A stretch of DNA of 64,000 bases, from the NCBI GenBank assembly GCA_951406725.2, contig OX597816.1:121086001-121150000 (forward strand), given 5' to 3'. The stretch is from Octopus vulgaris (lineage: Eukaryota). Below are positions 27,504 to 41,628 of this stretch, one piece after another (within the stretch, counting starts at the first letter, position 1; every line of letters begins with the position of its first letter). The notes beneath the pieces are model-generated. The model was not told the origin of the DNA, did no database searches, and worked only from the letters and a program-made list of their open reading frames with translations. A program made the position numbers and the translations under genes.

Positions 27504-29424
27504 GTGTGTGTGTGCGTATGTGAGTTTTGCTGCTTGAAGGGTTTTTAACTCTTATTTCTTGCAATGTATGTGCTACCCTGCACCCATGGTCACAATTTGT
27601 GAAAACATTACATCAATCTGAAATAAACCGTTCTCCTCGGGCGCAGACGACCTTATAAATTTCCCACATAAAGGATAAACCATTATTTTTTAGCAAAATT
27701 TCATCAGTAGAATAGACTAAAATAATTACATTGTTTCAATTTGCTATTTTTGTGACAGAATGAATTTAGGGAAAAGATGTATGCCCAAAGCCCACTACAA
27801 TTTAGGGTGGCAGAGGAAAATAATAGGGGTCAAGAAAGAGGAATGGTGATATAGCTACATTTGTATTTTATCACATTCATAAGACTTAATGCAGCCTGTT
27901 GTCTACAACCCATTAGAATTAAATTCACTGGGAACTGCCAGTTAAGTTCTTGTTGGTGGTGTTAAATTAATTGATATCAGATACTCTCCCCGACCCCTAT
28001 TTTACTGGGACCATAAAGCCAGCCTTATCTGCATAAAAAGAAATATCTCAGAGTTGCTAGTAAGATAATGACAGATAGAAAAGAGGTGATAACCAGAAAG
28101 AGGAAGGAAAGGCGTAGCTAAACATATTATGATTATCAAATGAAAGGGGCATAAATTGAGAAGCAAAAGAAGTCACGATGGGTTCCAAATGTGGGAATTA
28201 AAGGTGAGGGTAAAGAGGTGTATCCTAACTTGGCAAAAATTTATATATTATATTAAAATTTAGAGAAGGATTTTAGAACCATGCAAAAGAAAAAGGCTAG
28301 ATAAATCAACTTAAACCACCTTAAAAGTGGAGTACTTTAATATATAAGAGAAAGCTTATAAGGCCTTTTTCCTAGCATATTGCTAAGATGGTCATGCTAA
28401 AACTATTCAACAATGAACCTGTGCTCAAATTAAGATATCATCAAAGTAGGAGTACATATTGAATCAAAACCAGAGATTACAGGCTGAAGAAATAAGATAT
28501 TTCTATATCAGGAAAACTTATTTTAAAAAAAAAACTTGAAAGAAATTTTTGTATAAAAATTACCAGCATTATGAAAACATATGAAATGATATAAGATGGT
28601 ATAAAAATACAAGAAGGTATAAAAGGTATAAAAATACCACATATACATAAAACTATCACATATATATAAATTTCATAGAATTTATGAAATATGTATAGTA
28701 CAATTATAAATATAAATATAAACACCATATTGCACTATATTATACCATAAGTTTTATGAAGAGGAGTTACAAACTCCTCCACAATCCATAGAAGTTACAG
28801 CAGTGTATACATATATAAGAATATACAATAATGTAATATAAGATAAAAGAATAAATAAAATAAAATAATAATAAATAATAGACAAAAAAATGTGCATAAA
28901 ATTCCAATAAAGAATTTAGAAAATGAAAAAATAAAGTAAAGATAAAAATTTTATATTGTGAATGCCATAAAATGTATAACGGATATAAAAAGAGATAAAA
29001 AAATAAAAAACAAAAAAATAAGGATAAGTCAAGGTATGTATAACAAACGCTAAATTAAAGGTAAATAAAATAAGAGAATTATACCATTGGAAATGGTTTT
29101 ATAAAATATTTGTAAAATATATTATTATAGACACAGATATGTGTAGAATAATAACATTTCACAGGGGGTAGGCATACAATATACCTAAGTGAGGCGTAAG
29201 ATCTGGTAATCTAACGCAGATATACATGTAACTAATAGGGAAGAAAATCTTAGAACCAAAATGGGATTAATGTAATATAAGTATTGGAGAAATGCAGATT
29301 AAAAAAGTAGGGGGTTATAAGAGAGCATTATTACGTATATTTCTATATAAAAGAGGGTATTTTATGAATAATACGACACCCTGGATAATTCCTGCCACCA
29401 AATCATAGTATGATTTGTATAATA

Positions 29425-29856
29425 TTATCTGTTTCTAAAATATTTGAAGGTATGGGTGATCCTATGTACACAAGATGCTCTAAGGTCTAATCTATTATTA
29501 ATTAGCTTATCTCTAAACTTGAAAATTTCGTAAATTTCCATATAACATAGTTCGCATCCATATCGGCTTTCTTTGTATGGCTGAGCTCTACGTACTATAT
29601 ATCCCATTTAAGGCTAAATTTAATATTGCTATCCTTAAGTTTCCAGATTTTCATAGATAACGAGGCACTGTTGGCTTTATATCTAAGCCTAAAAGATGAA
29701 AAATAGTTATTTAGGTGCTTCTTCGAGCATCTGACGTAAATAAAGTTAGTAATTTCAGTCATTATTGTACATTTGTATATAACATTTTGAGCTAAACATC
29801 GACCTAATAACGGGCATTGAGATATTACCCTACAATTGCAGCTGGGGTTATTATTG

Positions 29857-29901
<45 letters not shown>

Positions 29902-30760
29902 TTATTATTATTAGTAGTAGTAGTAGTAGTAGTAGTAGTACTTCTATCAATTATAGTATCATCATTAAAGGTATTACTCAAATTCGTTGTAGTATTATCA
30001 GGTGAGTCAATAATGCTCGAGTTATTATATCTATCATTATCACTATTTATATTAGTTCTATTGTATTGGATTCTTACATATCTACTATTATTATCATCAT
30101 TATTATGGGTTAAAAGACTATTGACAATATTGTTATTACCAATCTCTCAGGCCAGTTGTATATTTCTTCTGTTAAATCGGACTATAATTGTGCCTATATT
30201 AGGAAGGGTGGAATATGAGATTCTGATTGTCTTACCAGAGATGATTTTGTGATACTTGTGAGAAGCTGGGAAGTTTGTTTTTTTTCTAAAATCGCCATAA
30301 AATTATCATATATATTTGTAGAGATAGCACAGTTGAAGGGAAAGTTATACCAGATTACATTATTATTTCTAAAATTCCTATAATTATGAAAGCGGATCCT
30401 CTCAGTCCTTCTACTACTTCTCGAACTCTCCGTTTGATTATCAAATATGGTCACATTATCGGTATTTATGTTATCATTAGAGCAGGCTCCATTCATCTCA
30501 ATCATATCCTTACTATTATTATTGTACATGTTAGTCATTTCACCGCCTTTAGATTCAATTTCATTATTGTTATATATCTTATTCATTGTTTTAATAGGAA
30601 TGTTAGCGGCAATCCTAGTAGATCTATGCGCTCGACTAGATGGGCTATTGTTCTTCTTTTCCCTTCCATTTTCATTACACTGCCTAGTTGTTATCTGACT
30701 TTCCGAATTAAGGAAAGCAAACTTCTGATTATATACCTGGACATCCTCGTTACTTATTTG
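29425..30760 (-). pseudogene. Penelope-type GIY-YIG endonuclease ORF, frameshifted, with no RT domain visible upstream
   Basis: VIWYNFPF, KYHKIISGKTIRISYS, CNCRVISQCPLLGRCLAQNVIYKC, LSMKIWKLK, W-I...PY...CELC, NNRLDLRASCVHR. Confidence 0.85.
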
Positions 30761-30767
30761 CTTTACA

Positions 30768-30902
<135 letters not shown>

Positions 30903-30903
30903 C

Positions 30904-30942
<39 letters not shown>

Positions 30943-31567
30943 GATAGATAGAGAGGAGAAGAAAGATGGACGATTGCCTAATTCCCTTTTTCTCCCCTTC
31001 ACCGTTTTTTTATCTGTTTTTCTCTTACCCCTCTCTCTCTCTCTTTTCTCTCTCTCACTGCTCACACCTGACCATCGTTCATCTTTCTTTTCCTCATGTT
31101 ACCATCTTTCTTTTCCTGCACGACGTTCTAAGGACTGGACGTCTTCTATCTCTCTCTTCTACCTTTTTCCTTTCCAAAGAAAATATTTCCCCCAGCGTTC
31201 ACTGTTTTCCTCTTGTTCTGGTTTAACGACCCTCCTTGTTTGTTTTCGTTCGGTTTCCTTGTATGTCTCCGCTGTCCTGTTTTTTGTCCTCAACTTTGAC
31301 CCTCCATAAATCCAAAATTACATTTTGGAATTTATGGGAGCAACTGTCTTCGAAGACTCATATTGTCGTTGAATGCTCGAAATGAGGAGTAGATAGACAA
31401 CCGACAACCGACAACCGACGAAGGGTCGTTCTCCGTGTTACTTGTCCCGTTTGCCATTTTTTCTCTCGTTGTTTGCATATTTAACTCGTTTGTTTTCGTA
31501 CTTCATGTTGTTTACAAAGTTGGTGGACGTCCTGTACCCATATATGCATATATATCAGCTTTTATAC

Positions 31568-31607
<40 letters not shown>

Positions 31608-32206
31608 CTTCAGCTTCCATCTATAAATTCACTCACAACTCACAAATCTTTGGTCGCCTCGGGGCAATAGTAGAAGTCACATACTCGAAGTGCCGCGCAG
31701 TGGCACTGAGTTCGAAGCCCCCTGGCTGCAAAGCAAGCCTCTTAACAACACAGCCATGTTTGTTTATTTTGATAGAATAAATGAATTGGGATGTTCTGAC
31801 AAGCATAAATTTCCCAAGGTTATTAACAACATAAACGAAGTGAAATAGTTTCAAGCAGATATTGATTGAAACCGTTTGTTAGTCTAGACTTGCGGGGAAA
31901 TAACCCATTGCTCTAAGATAAATATTATTCTATTTAAAATATTGATTTTTACATTATATTCTTATTTGAAACTTGCCAGTCATGAATGTAATACGGGTTC
32001 TCTCAATCTGTTGTCCCTTGAATCCCATACTACTATCTTAAGAAAATAGAAGGGGACACTGAATGATGTAGTCCTAGATACGCTAGGTTTGAACAAGAAA
32101 ACACAAGAATGGCTAATCATGGTTGACTAAGTCAAATATAAATGGGGCTAAACAATAACAGATGTATGTATACGCACGCGTATACATACATATATACATA
32201 CATGAA

Positions 32207-32243
<37 letters not shown>

Positions 32244-32260
32244 GTATATATATGTATATA

Positions 32261-32296
<36 letters not shown>

Positions 32297-32664
32297 TGTA
32301 TGTATGTATGTATGTATGTATGTATGTATGTATGTATGTATGTATGTATGTACAACGTATGTGTAATGTTTAATCGCCAGAAGCGGCGGTTTTCGTCTGG
32401 AGAAAATACCACTAAAAGCGTATAGGGTAAAAAAAAAGACAATACATTTCAGCTCTAGGCGAAATAAAATTGCTCCCAAAGTGATCACAAGAGTCACAGA
32501 TATGTATTTCGCCGTAGTTGCAGCTTATCAATGTTACGAACTCATGTCACTTTCGAAAACAAAATCGAACTTGCTACACAGATAGTGTATAAAACTATAC
32601 TTCGGACTAGCTGATTCGATTTTGTTTCACCTAACTCTGAAGCATATTGCTTTTTTTAAAACTC

Positions 32665-32703
<39 letters not shown>

Positions 32704-33108
32704 ACGTGCGCATGTGTATTACACTCACATTATCAATGATGTTGTTTCTGCAGTGTCACGCACGGTAGATCGCACCCATCCATGTCAAAGAATCGAGTAT
32801 ATTATAGGTACGAACAGGCTACTCTGTCTCGCTACTGTGTGGATGTATGCATGTTTTAAGGTGGCTATCAGCAATTTAAAAACCAAAAAAGCATAAGTAC
32901 AAACGTCACTAAAGTGGGTAAGGTGGCAAATCAGCACCAGCATTGCTAGAAATAAGAGTCAAAACAACTTTTAGCCACGAGAAAGCACTTATCTATTGAC
33001 TGACAAGAGAGATCAATTTCCTTACAGCAAGCGAGGAGTGTCAAATCATCGATAATTTCAGATTGAATGAGTCCTCATTAGTGACACTCTGTTGCCTAGG
33101 GTTGCTAT

Positions 33109-33140
<32 letters not shown>

Positions 33141-33226
33141 CCATACAGACACATACACACACACATACACACACACACATATATATATATATATACATAT
33201 ATACGTATACATACATACATACAAGC

Positions 33227-33272
<46 letters not shown>

Positions 33273-34188
33273 TATAAACGCACACGTACTATTAACACAC
33301 ACACATGCATATGCAAACCGCTATGTGCGCGTGTGTATGTATAGATTTGTTTATGGGCAAAGATGAGCAGTATCGTTTCGTCTATGGTAACGTAGATTTC
33401 GTTAAAATGTGGTAACATTCGATTATCATATTGAGGAGAAAATGTCGGCAGTTTTCTGGTATACATGTGCTGAAAAAATCAAAAATAGGTTCGAATTGAA
33501 ACTAAATTTCTTTAAGATGAGATATTAAATATAGAAAACAAGAAGAGAAAGGGTCAACGTAGCCCTTCATATTGTTAGAAATAATTGCCACGAATTCCAC
33601 AAATTGCAACTTACTTTCTTAAAAACAAGGAAGAATAAATTGAATAAGATTTCTTCTTCTATACTCTTTACTCTCTTTTACTCTTTTACTTGTTTCAGTC
33701 ATTTGACTGCGGTCATGCTGGAGCACCACCTTTAGTCGAGCAAATCGACCCCGGGACTTATTCTTTTTTTGTAAGCCCAGTCCTTTGCTTAAATAAAAGA
33801 CGGAATGGTCACGGTTTGCTCACCGTTGATCCTAGGTCTGCTGGATTAGAGCTGAACTGGAGTTTAAACTACAATAATAATTAGCGTTGAGTGTCCAAGT
33901 TTCATGAAATGCGCATTAGCATCTCTGCTCATTTGCATTCAGTGAGAACATACGTAGTAATGATAACATCAAACTCAGGGTTTTACTAATGATAGGCAAC
34001 TAGAGCTTTTTATCTTTTTCAAGGACTAAACGAAACTTTGTTGCAGCTTTATATCGCATAAACAACTTGTATGCACACCCTTTACCATGGTCTGTCTCAA
34101 TATTCCTTTTGTACATCTCCCTCCCTCTCACTCTCTCTCTCTTCGTTCCTCCCTCTCTGTCTTAATCTCTCACCTCTCTCTCTCCAAA

Positions 34189-34260
<72 letters not shown>

Positions 34261-34387
34261 AATGCATGAAACTTTATCTCGTATGTCTACGTATGTGTGA
34301 TATAAATGAACGTACAAATGTGCTCGTATGTTTATAACATATGTATGCATATATTCATATGTATGTGTGCATATGCATATATGTATC

Positions 34388-34457
<70 letters not shown>

Positions 34458-35169
34458 TGTTTGTATATTATGTGATTGTGTGCGCGCGTCTAAGATTAGG
34501 CAATTGTGTTGGAGCATGTTTATTTTTATCCTGTGCACCGACCTAAGCTAGATTTTAAAATTGTGTTAAGTACATAGAAAGGGAAAGAGTAAGAATGAGA
34601 GAGAGAGAGATAGAGAGAGAGAGAAAGAAAGATAGAGAGAGTGAGAAAGAGAGAGAAAAATAGAAATACAGAGAGTGAGAGAGAAAGAGAGAAAGTGTCT
34701 GAACTTTTTTTTATTTCATATTTATTTTGAAGATGAGTTTGAGTGGGTGCGTAGAGAGTTACGTGTGACAGCCTAGCATACATGGTGGCCGACACGTGTG
34801 TTGATTTTACTATTCCGACTAAATTCTCATGGGAACGCTACACTTGGCGGGAAAATTATTGTCTTGTGAGGGGAAATAAACGAAGCACTTCATATAAGTG
34901 TTTGTTTATGCATGTTTTGCCAATACATGAATGTGATATTAGTATTAATAGCCTGTATCATAATCGGTAGAGCGTTTATCAAAAAACGTCTTTGCGTTCT
35001 CTGGCTGGACTCTGTTTTATGTCCTGTCTTGACTTGCAACTCCACCAAGAGTTGATTATATTTTGTCTTTTTGTCCTTCCAGTGTTGATAATATATGTAC
35101 TAATCAACACGTTTCATAAGAAATACAGCGGTATTTCAGGACTAATACTACTGTAACAGACCTGTTAGC

Positions 35170-35385
35170 ACTCTTTTACTATTTTACTCTTTTACTTGTT
35201 TCTGTCATTTGACTGTGGCCATGCTGGAGCACCGCCTTTAGTCGAGCAAATCGACCCCAGGACATTCTTTGTAAGTCTAGTACTTATTCTATCGGTCTCT
35301 TTTGCCGAACCACTAATTTACGGGGACGTAAACACACCAGCATCGGCTGTAAAGCGATGTTGTGGGGGGCAAACACAGACACACA

Positions 35386-35444
<59 letters not shown>

Positions 35445-35605
35445 ACGACGGGCTTCTTTCAGTTTCCGTCTACCAAATCCACTCACAAGGCTTTGGTCGG
35501 CCCGAGGCTATAGTAGAAGACACTTGCCCAAGGTGCCACTCAGTGGGACTGGACCCAGAACCATGTGGTTAGTAAGCAAGCTACTTACCACACAGCCACT
35601 CCTAC
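35170..35605 (-). mobile_element. SINE family A, full-length copy with internal (TA)n
   Basis: tRNA-like head ggagtggctgtgtggtaagtagc...gggtccagtccc; tail gtaaaagagtaaaa repeats. Confidence 0.9.
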
Positions 35606-35839
35606 ACTTGTATATACATTAAGCATGATGCATAGAGGATTAATTAATTAAGTAGTGAAAAGGGTTAGATTAACTTCCTATTTTCCTTCTAAATCTTTTG
35701 TTTCAGTCCGTCTTATGTTCGACTTTGCCATTCAGTCTTTCGAGATTCGATAAAATAAGTACAAGTTGAGCACTGCGGTCGATATAGTATTCTTACCCTC
35801 TCCCCGGAACTTGCTGGCTTTGTGCCAAAATTTGAAAAC

Positions 35840-35990
35840 CTTCTTCTTCTTCTTCTTCTTCTTCTTCTTCTTCTTCTTCTTCTTCTTCTTCTTCTTCTTC
35901 TTCTTCTTCTTCTTCTTCTTCTTCTTCTTCTTCTTCTTTCTTCTTCTTCTTCTTCTTCTTCTTCTTCTTCTCCTCCTCCTCCTCCTCCTC

Positions 35991-36055
<65 letters not shown>

Positions 36056-36060
36056 CATTA
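35840..36060. repeat. Compound (CTT)n(CCT)n(ATT)n microsatellite
   Basis: Directly visible. Confidence 0.95.
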
Positions 36061-36590
36061 TTGAGTGAGAAAGCAGTGCATGCCATCAAAATGACACTGG
36101 GGTAAAATATACGAAGCCCAGTATACCCATCGTGACTACCCGTCTAATAAGGGTACACTAGGCACATGCATCACAACCATATGTACGCAACATGGTGATC
36201 TCATATCAAGATAAACAGCGCATGACCTTGCAGGTGGGGCCCAGTTAGAATTTTCTTCAGGTCGAGTCACACATCCCGCTCAAAAGGTCCCTGAATAAGG
36301 GTTGTTTAAGGCTTTTGAACGATCCGAACCCCAAAGAATTCCTCTTAACACATGGCTATGATGCTCCCTCACTACTTCTGCTCGTGATCAGAGATGCACA
36401 TATCGTCAGCCACTAAAGGACATGTTCAACTGGTTATGGTCAAACAAGTGACAAGCAAATCTGTGGTATTGAGCAGAATATTTGCTATAGCCCATCTTTT
36501 ATACCAAGACAAAACAATTGCATGATAACACTTCCAATCAGTGAAACTCAGAAGCCATGAGAGCCACTGCCTGGTACTGCATCAGGACGT
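36061..36590. mobile_element. ~530-bp interspersed repeat in (ATT)n, copy 1
   Basis: Near-identical to 49106-49578. Confidence 0.8.
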
Positions 36591-37639
36591 TTATTATCAT
36601 TATTATCATTATCATCAGTATCATCATTAACATCGTCATCATAAAAGCAGGTTGGCAGAATTGTTTGAGGATCGGAGGAATTAGCTAGCAGTATTTATTT
36701 TGATTCTTTACCTTCTCAGTTCAAATCACTCCAATATCAACTTTGTCTTTCATTCTTCCGGAGTCGATAAAAGTAAAGAAGCAGTCTAGTACAGAAATTG
36801 AAATAATCGTCTGTTCTCTCCTAAAATTTCTGGGCTTATATTTATATTCGAAATTATTATAAGAGTGAAGTATTAGAAGGATCGTTAGAGCGCTGGTCAA
36901 AAAAGTACTTCTTTCACACTTTTTAAGTTCTGAGTTCAAATTTCGCAGTGGCTTGCTTTCACTTTCTTCCTTCCTGGATCAGAAAAGTAGCAGTCTTCTG
37001 TAAACAATTTAATCGTTTCACTCACTTCCCCTAAAATATACCTTGTACCAAAATCAGGAATAATTATTTTTATTATTGGTATAAAGATAAAATATTTTGC
37101 TATCCTTTCCGTATAGGAAATTCAGTATGTTTGCATAATTTTGAAACACTATTCCTTTCTGATTTCTCTCTCATCCACACTCTTTACCATCACTTTTCAG
37201 CTCCTGCTTGTCTGTGGAACAGACAGTTTTCACTCGAGATCCTCTTGACGATCCCACCCAGAAATTCTTGAATTTCCTTCACTGAATAACATCTACATTC
37301 ATCGCATGCTCTCCCAGTGTCACAGCTTTATAATTTACAGCCTATTGTCTCTCCTAATTTAAGTTTGACAAGATTTTCCGTTTGAGTTCCGTTTTCACTT
37401 TAACCACAAATTCCAGATGGGCGGTTCAAGTGATTCTTACGAACTGTACAGAATTAAAGCTTAACTAAACCAAAGGGTGACTTGGTAGCTCTGATTCATT
37501 GATCTTAGAGTTTGTTTCCATTTATATCTTAACAGTAAGATGTACGACAGCTAGTCAAAAATCACTCAGGTTTATAACTAAGTTATATCTCAACTATTGC
37601 TCATACCCAGTTTTAGTGATTTTATTATTACAACACGTT

Positions 37640-37850
37640 AAGGCAGCGAGCTGGCCGCATCGTTAGCACACTGGATAAAGTGCTTCGGGGCATTTCTTCC
37701 GGTTTTACGTTTTGAGTTCAAAATCCGCCGAAGTTAATTTTATCTTTTCCGGCTCGATTAGATAAGTGCCAGTTGAGCAATGGAGTCCTTGTAATCGACT
37801 AGCTCGCTCCTTCAAAATTTCAGGGCATGCGCTTATAGTAGAAGGAATTA
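37640..37850 (+). mobile_element. SINE family B, diverged
   Basis: aaggcagcgagctggccgcatcgttagcac...gagttcaaaatccgccg. Confidence 0.75.
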
Positions 37851-38321
37851 CTTCAACATATCAAAGAAATGCAAGGCGAAATCGCCAGAGCGAGTGACAG
37901 AAATGTTTTACCGTATTAAGTTACGTTCTGGGATCGAATTTCACCAAGTTAGACGTTGCTTTCATTCTTTGAGGGTCTATAAGGTAAAATATCAATCAAA
38001 TACTAGGTTAAATATAATCGCCTTGGTCCCTCCCCTAGTGTTCATATACCACCCTCATTTTATTTCTTCATTTTTTCTCCCTCAGCGGTTATGAAATAAG
38101 TATCTGTCAGATCGCTTCACTATCATCTGACCCTTAGGCAAGTTTCTCTTATGGTCTCGTGTCTACAAATCAACATATGCCTTTGGTAGACTGAAAATGT
38201 AAAACCCATTATTTGCGCGTGCGCCTTTGTCTATCTATGTATCTGTCTATCTATGTATCTATGTATCTATCTATCTATCTATTTATCTGTCTGCCTCTGT
38301 GTGTGTGTGTGTGTATACACA

Positions 38322-38378
<57 letters not shown>

Positions 38379-38566
38379 GCATACATACACGTACATACAC
38401 ACACACACATATATACATAAATATATATATAGCGGTACACCTTAGTGCAACACCGAAAAACTGGTTCGCCAATCACCGTTATTAGAAAGTAGCTAGTATA
38501 ATAGAATGGGACCTTTATTTGCATATTCAAAACGTTTCCCATAAACAAATTTAAAAGATATATATG

Positions 38567-38673
<107 letters not shown>

Positions 38674-38714
38674 GTGTGTGTGTATATATATATATATATG
38701 TGTGTGTGTGTGCA

Positions 38715-39625
38715 TTCATGATTAAATAAAAGGAAGACAACAAACGGAAAATATGACATACCTATATATTTATATAATTTTAAAAAACACGTGTAGTAAA
38801 TAGACGAACAGAAAACACAGGTCACCAGCTCTTCATCAGTTACCGCCTAGAGGGTCAAACGCAATTTCGGCCATTATCGATAATATTGATTCCACTCTGG
38901 AAGCACCGGCAAGAAACTTGCGGGGAAGGGACCAAAACATAACAAAATGAGACGGGCTTGAGATAAAACCGTTAGAGGAACAAAACAATAAATAGAATAA
39001 AAGTTTAGGGCCAGACGAAGACAACAGTTAATAATAATGATAATACATATATAACAAAAACAAGATTGGGGCTTCAAGACATGACAAACGTGGGCAACGC
39101 GAAGGAGAAATGAAAACTGTCCTAAAGGACTATAGACACGGGGTGGGAGTAGAGCGAGGAGCAAAGAAAATCGTGACCAGTCTGGTCGAAGGCAACGCGA
39201 AAAAGAATGACACCGCCTATGGTCGTCGCGGGTCACGTGATAATGTGTGGAGGGTAACTGAGAAAGACCTAGAGAGAGAGAGAGAGAAAATTAAGAGAAG
39301 CAAAGTAAAGGAAAGAGACAGAGTGACACAAGCATATTCCAAGAATATTTCTACAAAAAGGTAAAAAATTAATGAGCGCGTGCGATACATGAATAATATT
39401 TTCAGGATTAAATAAAAAGAAGACAACAAGCGGAAAATATGACATATCTATGTATATATCATTTTAAAAGAACGTGTAGTAAAAAAACAAACGAACATCT
39501 ACTAAATACACAGACAAACAGAAAACAGTCCCCAACTGCTCATCAGTTATCGGCCAGAGAGTCAAACGCAATTTCGGCCATTTTCGATAATGTTGCTTCC
39601 ACTCTGGCGGCACCGGCAAAAAAAC
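38715..39625 (-). repeat. Two ~200-bp direct repeats (38715-38917, 39401-39625) around a strand-biased body
   Basis: gattaaataaaa.gaagacaacaa...tcatcagtta...gtcaaacgcaatttcggccatt...ccactctgg..gcaccggcaa in both. Confidence 0.85.
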
Positions 39626-40929
39626 AGTGCATGCATAACATACATAATGGCTGCCTCCTCACTCTCGAGTTATAAGATGATGATGCTTGTACGTCAAGCG
39701 GTGCTGGTACATGATGCTTTTTAAAGTGAGGAATGGCCTTGTACACTACCAATCCCACTCTCTGAACAGCGAAAACAGATACCCCAAAAGGAAGAACTAG
39801 TCAACATCATTGGTTGCCATGGAGTGGCAATTTTTACATCAGTGTTTTCCTTCAACTAGAGTGATATCGTTACAAGGACCAGGAGCCACGCACTGCTAAC
39901 AATATGTTACACCATGCCTACATTCTTATACCCGTGGTTCTCTGCTGAATGAGCCTGTCGTACCTACCCATTTTTGAAAACGTGAACATTCTCTGCGCAG
40001 TCAGTGTTTTCTGCACCAAAGTCATCAATTAGTCGATAAATTTTGCAGGAACTACTGCTGTCCATCAGAAATAGCCGGACCAAGTTTGTGTATACAGTGT
40101 TGGATGGCTGTTGAATTTAATGAATTCATCCACCCTTTCAAAGGTTTTTTGTTTTCGTTTTGCAGGCTGTCCAAATGTACGAAAACCTATTATTGACGAT
40201 TTCTAACTTTATATATTGCTCCTTCTACCACTTTAGCATTCCGATTAGCAACTAACTACACTAGTTCTGAAACTATTTAACAAGTAACGTATTTTCTGGT
40301 ATACATGATTGATTGATTGATTCTAGTTTCAGCTCATGAGCTGTGGCCATGCTGGGGCACCGCCATGTCGAATTTTTCAGACTAAAATTTATAGCCAAAA
40401 AAAGGGAGCTCGACTTATGCACTAAAACGAGACATTGGCGGACTTAAGATTCCCTGTGAAAGGCAACAGGATTTGGAAAGATAGTGACGAAGTTTGAATG
40501 TTTACTCTACATGTTTACACTATATACTGCATCGACTTGTATACTGGAAAATACGTTTTCACAAAACACCATCATCTTACTACAATTAGTTAGTTCTATT
40601 GAAACGTTCAACCCTATTTGCGGCTACATCGTGAAAATATAACACAAACGGGGATGGCCTTTCAAGGAACGCTAAAAATATAACAAACAAAAACAAAAGC
40701 TTCTAAAAACTTAAGTATAAGCCATGATACTGTTGTAATTTACAAGCTTCCTGTACATACCGATAAGACAATCAAATTCTACCGGATATCATAGTAAAGG
40801 ACATGCTGGACAGGATGTGCTAGTGAATAGATATATAGATATGTGGAGTACAATACCTCGATTATATATACATACATACATATACATATATATATATATG
40901 TGTGTGTGTGTGTATATATATATATACGT

Positions 40930-41096
40930 TAAGTGTTCTGGGTTCAAATTCCGCCGAGGTCGACTTTGCCTTTCATCCTTTCGGGGTCGATAAATTAAGT
41001 ACCAGTTATGCACTGGGGTCGATGTAATCGACTTAATCCCTTTGTCTGTCCTCGTTTGTCCCCTCTATGTTTAGCCCCTTGTGGGTAGTAAAGAAA
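40930..41096 (+). mobile_element. SINE family B, 5'-truncated
   Basis: Near-identical to 22675-22838. Confidence 0.88.
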
Positions 41097-41145
41097 TATA
41101 TATATATATATATACATATATATATACACATACATACATACATAC

Positions 41146-41176
<31 letters not shown>

Positions 41177-41183
41177 CATGAAC

Positions 41184-41227
<44 letters not shown>

Positions 41228-41592
41228 GAACGGAAATTAATAAGCCAAAGCATAACTTAGACATTTCTAAATCGTCGCAGACGAAGAACAGTATCAAAAC
41301 AATTTGTTGCATATGATTTTACTAAAACACACACACACACACACACACAAACACTCACACACATACACACACATACACACACACGCACGCACGCACACTC
41401 ACAAGGTTCTGTATGAAGAAGACACAATAACAGTAAGCTGTACGAAACAGATCTTGCTAGCTAAGAGCATTGTTCAGACTTTTATTCTTCGGCATCTGTT
41501 CACACAATCTAATCTTGTGTATTTCTATTTATATTATTATTTAATGTATGCATACATACATACATACATACATACATACATACATACATACA

Positions 41593-41628
<36 letters not shown>

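Noticed and set aside
28756-28785. Hammerhead-like tgaaga-ggagtt-aca-aactcc hairpin
   Set aside because: Lacks the C of CUGA and the GAAA after the stem
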